A DNA stretch of 64,000 nt, taken from NCBI RefSeq assembly GCF_964355755.1, contig NC_092679.1, forward strand, positions 18,645,432-18,709,431, in the 5' to 3' direction. A program made the position numbers and the translations under genes. Under the pieces are notes generated by a model, which did not search any database, had not been told where the DNA came from, and saw only the letters and a list, made by a program, of their open reading frames with translations. Below are positions 58,409 through 64,000 of the stretch, piece by piece. This DNA comes from Antedon mediterranea (taxonomy: Eukaryota; Animalia; Echinodermata). Numbering within the stretch: the stretch's first letter is position 1; every line of letters starts with the position of its first letter.

Positions 58409-60618
58409 TTCAGATAACCTAAAGTTGGGTATAGAAAACGACATACAGTATCATAATACATGCCTGTAGGATGTGTAGTATGTACAGTAGTTATTAGCCT
58501 ACTTACTACTAATAATAGATGTGATTTTTTAAAGTTTTAACTTTTAGGCCTAATTAAAATTAATAATTTTATATTTAATAAAAATATGCCCATCCTTTAA
58601 TTTAAATGTTGAGAACGATATCTAAATAATAGACACTTGAAAACAGAAAGCTAGTACTTTATCAAACGGTTTTAAATTCCTAGGCCTAGACACAGGTACC
58701 AACTCCCTAAACATTGTCGGCGGAAGAAATCGACAATTCTTTCCACCAGTCCAACCATTATGATAGAGAGGGCCTAGGCTTAGCATAAAATATGTAAATT
58801 TATATTGAAAACAAATACATCACTTCTCCTACCAAATCAAGAGTAAGCCAAATATCTAGTTCAACTTATAAACTACATGAATGGCAAGTAATTTGTATTG
58901 ATAAATTTAAAAAGAACAGTTTAATGAGGTTAATAGTTACCCGTCAATAACCAAAAGCAGCAGAGCAGACGATCGACAGACCACATGGAACCAGTCATGT
59001 GGAACGAGACTACTGTACCAGCAGCCGTGCGTCAATTAAATATTCTATCGACACGGTCATCGTGAACTTTGAATATTGTTAAAATTAGTTATTATTTATT
59101 ATGTGGCCACCACAAATAAATGGGGCCCATTTGCATACATTCAAGTGGTATAAAAGCGTATGTACAACTCATTTAGAAAAAAGACGTATACTATTTGAGT
59201 GAAAAACATCGTATATTCACAATCGAAGTCTATAATCTACCATTATTACTATTTCAATTATTAGTTCATCTTAAAAATAAATTATGAAGACATCCCATGT
59301 TTCGATAGACTATGGTATTCAATACACACAGAAGTATATGTCAGAAAAATGTTACTATCAACTTGATTCAAGAAAAATAAATTTACATAGTAAATAAATT
59401 ATTATTTCATGATTAAAGCAAAGTATTTTTATAATGGCAGTTTTACTTTTACTTTCTGAGATGTAGGCCTACTGTGGAAATAAAACATAAACAAATGTGG
59501 GTTTCCCATCACTTTTGAAGTACGAGAAGGTAAATCTCAATACTGTATATACTGTATGTGGAGGGAAGTTACTTTGATATTATAACATCTCTATTCACGA
59601 ATACTACATACAATGTTTTTATAATTTTGATATTTAAAAGGCATTTCACTTATCTTTGGGGTGGTCCACACAAAATCCCTTCACTAACAAAACTTGCAAA
59701 AGCAAATGACCAACTAAAAGATGGAATGGATAAAATGAAATAGCGTTGAAAGAATTGATTTGATCTGTTTAGACATGGAATACAAATAATAAAAAATAAA
59801 TAGAAAATATATGTGTAAAATAACTTAACTATTCATTTTATCAATAGTATAGTATACAGCACAATAGGGAACTTCTGATTTACGCCTTAAGACCTATGCA
59901 TATCGCATTGTTGGTGACTTGGTCGTCTGGACCTAGAGTCAGGGCCAGTGGCTAGGTCGTCGCAAATTGTAATCTCCCAATTTTTTTCCCGAAACTTAAA
60001 CATACTGAGATGACAATTATGGCTATCAAAATATTATAGTGAATTGAAAAAATAAGAAGAAATATAAAATCATTATGTGTGAATAACATAAACATCATTT
60101 TAATATTAATGATTTACAGCACATTTCTTTTTTTTCCACTAGAGTAAGAACATCTACACTAGCATAGTTACTGTCTATTTTCGCTCTATTCAATAACAGA
60201 GTTTATATACTTATTTGTTACTTATTAGTAGTACTATAGTTACTTTATACACAATTTCTCTCTGGCTAGTTTTCATTTAATAACACCAAGATGCCACACA
60301 CATAGCACAATACCAGTTTAACAATCTAATTAACACACATTCTCTGTAATACTACCATACCTGTAATTTTACAGAATTAAAAAACATAAAGAAAAAATAA
60401 TGATATGCGATAAATGAACCAACCATTACATGAATTGGTATTTGGAAAAAACATAATATGTTGGAAGTTGTGTTTGCAAAATAAATAGTTTAAATAAAAA
60501 TTTTTTTTATCAAAATGTTTTACAAAATGCAAAGAAAAAAACCCAAGAAAATATAGTTGGTTTTTAAACAAACCATTAATTTAATTTGTTACTTTTGTTC
60601 AATTTTTATTGCATTTAT

Positions 60619-63600
60619 TTATTCTTCTATATCAACTAGCAGGTCTTCTCCCTGGACCTGGTATCCCATAGTGACGGATATTCCTTTAATCTTTCCCGAC
60701 ACCGGTGCGTTTATAACCATCTCCATTTTCATTGCACTGAGAACGACGAGCGGTTTACCCTTTTCGACTTTGTCCCCGACCTTCACTCGGATGTCAATGA
60801 CCTCACCTGGCATCGGTGCTCCGACTGATCCTTTCACTCCAGGTTGTACTTTAGGGTGTACATGCATCTCCTGTAAAAACAAAAAGAGTGAATCTCAACC
60901 CTCCATGTCAAATGTGAAAAATGTAATGTGCCCATATATGGACATGATGTCATATTACTACCATATTTGGGCACATTGCAATTTTTATTGTCAGACTAGA
61001 TTCAAGTATCAATTTATTTTCCTAAAAGCTATATAACTGGTGTGGATAACCATAAGAGCAAAGCTCTTATACCTGTCACTCATTAGTGCAGTACAATACA
61101 AACAACAAGGGTGCAATACACAAACAAGACAGAGCTTTAGGCTAAATAAAAACACACCTAACAATTTAAATACACCACTGAAGTGGTTAAATATTTATTG
61201 ATTTTTTTATAATGAAGTTCATCAGGCTTATTTCAGAGTGTATATGATAGTATAAAGACACCTACCTTTAAAGCCTGCTTGTCCTTAATCATCACTGACC
61301 TAAGTTGTCCATTCAACTCAAAGAATACTTCTCTTTCGCCGGTAGCTTTGTTTAACTCACCAAGGGCTAAGAATTTCACATGAAGAGTCTTGCCTCTTTC
61401 GATCTCAACCTATACAAATTTTTAGAAAAAAATTAAAAATAAAAATAATCACCAATAGTAAAAATTAAGAGAAAAGAAAAGAATTAGTCCATGTGCTAAT
61501 ATTTGTTTGATAATATTCATCCTCAAATTTAGGAAATTCAAATTTTCAAACTTAATGCAACAAAAAATGTGATGTGCCCATATATGGACATGACATGTCG
61601 TCATATCACTACTACTAGTACTACATATTTGGGCATATGACTGCCATATTTTGGCACATCACACAAATTTAGTCAAACTAGTTTAATAGTGTAGACAGAG
61701 CTTAAGACCTTAACCGTGTAACTCAACTCTAAGTAAGATTTACCTCAAATTCCTCGGCAACATCTGGCCCTGTTAGAAACAATCTTGTTGAGAGACAATT
61801 CACAGGTCCGAATTCTTTGTGAAAGTTCATGTAATCTTCATGAACCTTTGGATAGAGGGCGGCACTAATCACGTCTTCTTCTCGTACTCGAGAGCCATGT
61901 TTCTCAATTAATTTTTCCTTTAGACTACCGAGATTTTCTGGTTGCATTGTTTCTCCAGGTCTGCCATCAATTCTAGGCATATCTTTTATGACCTGAAAAA
62001 CATTTATCATTTTGATTTAATCTATAATAGAAATTATCATTGTATGAAATATTTATCTACTATCCACTATATACCATACTATGTAACTAGCTGTGTAATT
62101 TTTTAAAAACCATACATTTATCATTTCGTTTTTTGCATGATACTGTTAAAGCTCTATTTAATCTATAAAAATTATTAATCTATTAATTCATTATTTATCT
62201 AATGTAGGTCTACCAACTACTGTAACCCTGCTCTGAAACTAGTTGTTTCACTATAAAACATAAATTTATCATTTAGTGTAAATATTAGTTTAATTTAATA
62301 ACAAAATACAGGGCGTCGCTATGCTTTCTAACCTTTGTTCTTAGTGGCTCTGGGAAGCCTCCGTACGGTTGGCCTAGGTACCCTTGTAGGAATTCCACCA
62401 CAGACTTGGGCAACGAGAGTTCTTCCGCTTTCGTTTCTACATCTGCAGCACTCAGTTTATTTTGTACCATGAACTGGGCAAGGTCACCAACTACCTTAGA
62501 TGATGGGGTCACCTACCGAAGAAAGGTCATATTATGAGACATGACATAAAATATATTGTAAAGTATAAAATAACAACAGGATGCTGAGCTCCTAAGATCA
62601 AAGGGTTTATCCGTGTCTGCGACATCAACAGTTCCACATCCCATAACATACACTGAATGCTGCGAAGAATACGTACATGGTACAGTACTGTTGCTATCTG
62701 TCGCAGCCAGACCTAGATCAAAGGGCTGTTAGGAGTTCCTATCTTGGCTAGGCAAGCTCAGTGTCATGTTGTTAGATTGCCTTGATTTACAACCATTAAA
62801 CATTCTCCAGAAGAGAGCAAGTAGATAGACTAGTACAGGAGTTGCATATCTTACTGTCTTATGAGCCTTTATAGGTAGTTGAGTATGTGGAAGATTGAGC
62901 AGCATTCACTACTACAATGCTCAGACTTACTAAAAAAACATTCCAATAGTCAATACCTTAATAAGATCTCCCAACAACTGATTTGCTTCCACATAAGCCT
63001 TTTTGACTTCTGTGAACTGACTTCCAAGGCCTAGACTAAATGCTTGGAACTGAAGATTTGTGTACTGGCCTCCTGGAATCTCGTTCTTGTAGATATCCGC
63101 GTTGCCGCTCTTGAGTGTTGTACAACATTCAAAGGGCGCGTATAACTGCCTCGTAACCTCCCAGTATGAACTATAATCAAACACTTTATCCAGTGGGATT
63201 TCTGAAAACGTAACCAATAGATAAAATAATCCATTTATACCATACAGTGAATTGGCACACTATAATATAAACACATAAATTTGTTATAAGATATTTGTGA
63301 ACTTGCTTTGTCAGTGAAATAAACAATGTTTAACAGTGGAATTAAACTTACTTGTGTCAAGTTCTGTGTTCTCAAGAGCTGACACAACAGCTCCCATGCT
63401 AGGCTGAGATGTCAAGCCAGACATGGAATCGACGGCTACATCAACGACGTCAGCACCAGCCTGGGCTGAAGCCAACATGGCCGCTACACCAGCGCCAGCA
63501 GTATCGTGAGTGTGAATGTGAATAGGCATGTCTGGAAATTTGTCTCTCAATGACTTTACCAACAACGTGGCCGATTTCGGCTTCAATAAGCCAGCCATAT

Positions 63601-63947
63601 CCTATGAAATTATAGATTCAAAATTATTATTATTAGTTTTATAGTCTTTAGAGTGGCAATGCGATGGTTATATACTAATAATAATAATGAACAAGCACAT
63701 TCTTACTTTGATACAGAGAATGTGTGTTCCCATGGCTACAAGTTCAGTGGCCAGGTCCATATAATAATCTAAAGTGTACTTCGACTTCATTGGGTCAGAC
63801 ACATCACCACTGTACGATATTGCCGCTTGAACAACGCCCCCAGACTGGCCAGCGGCTTCCATGCCAAGCTTCATGTTCGGCACGTAGTTGAGACAATCAA
63901 AAACACGGAAAATGTCCATGCCGTTCTTATGAGCTAATTCACAAAAT
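60619..63947 (-). CDS. PC: Pyruvate carboxylase, 3' exons (gene continues beyond the window)
   Basis: Exons 63947-63707 (GMDIFRVFD), 63601-63352 ([18 protein letters not shown]), 63201-62957 ([10 protein letters not shown]), 62512-62333 ([15 protein letters not shown]), 61992-61744, 61409-61266 and 60870-60619 (biotin site SAMKME). Confidence 0.96.
61545..61702. mobile_element. Same MITE family in PC intron (another decayed copy at ~60900-61000)
   Basis: tgtgatgtgcccatatatgg core and right TIR agtgtagacagagct-taa. Confidence 0.7.
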
Positions 63948-64000
63948 CTAAACAAAACATTAAATTCATTTTTAATTTAAACAATTATGCACTTTATCTC

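Overview
AT-rich eukaryotic (animal, probably marine invertebrate) genomic DNA with GT-AG introns; it is not prokaryotic. Positions 1-49.3 kb hold a head-to-tail tandem array, all on the minus strand, of about 17 paralogues of one uncharacterised secreted protein family. The architecture is signal peptide, short Cys-rich module, a variable number of ~34-aa acidic Ser/Thr/Asn repeats, then a C-terminal LamG/concanavalin-A/pentraxin-like domain. Ten copies have intact single-coding-exon ORFs; the rest are pseudogenes, chimeras or relics. The copies show hypervariable loops, patchwork gene conversion and stalk-length variation. Passengers that date the duplications are a 5'-truncated LINE with TSD (4 copies), a 54-bp minisatellite (6/6/8/16 units), a complete non-autonomous Helitron with an empty site in the sister duplicate, and nested TTAA (Kolobok-like) elements. 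A minimal hammerhead ribozyme motif lies at ~49.46 kb. The right part holds the multi-exon NVL AAA-ATPase gene (49.6-58.4 kb, minus) and the 3' exons of pyruvate carboxylase (60.6-64 kb, minus), with Tourist-like MITEs in introns. All alignments were read by eye and no searches were run.
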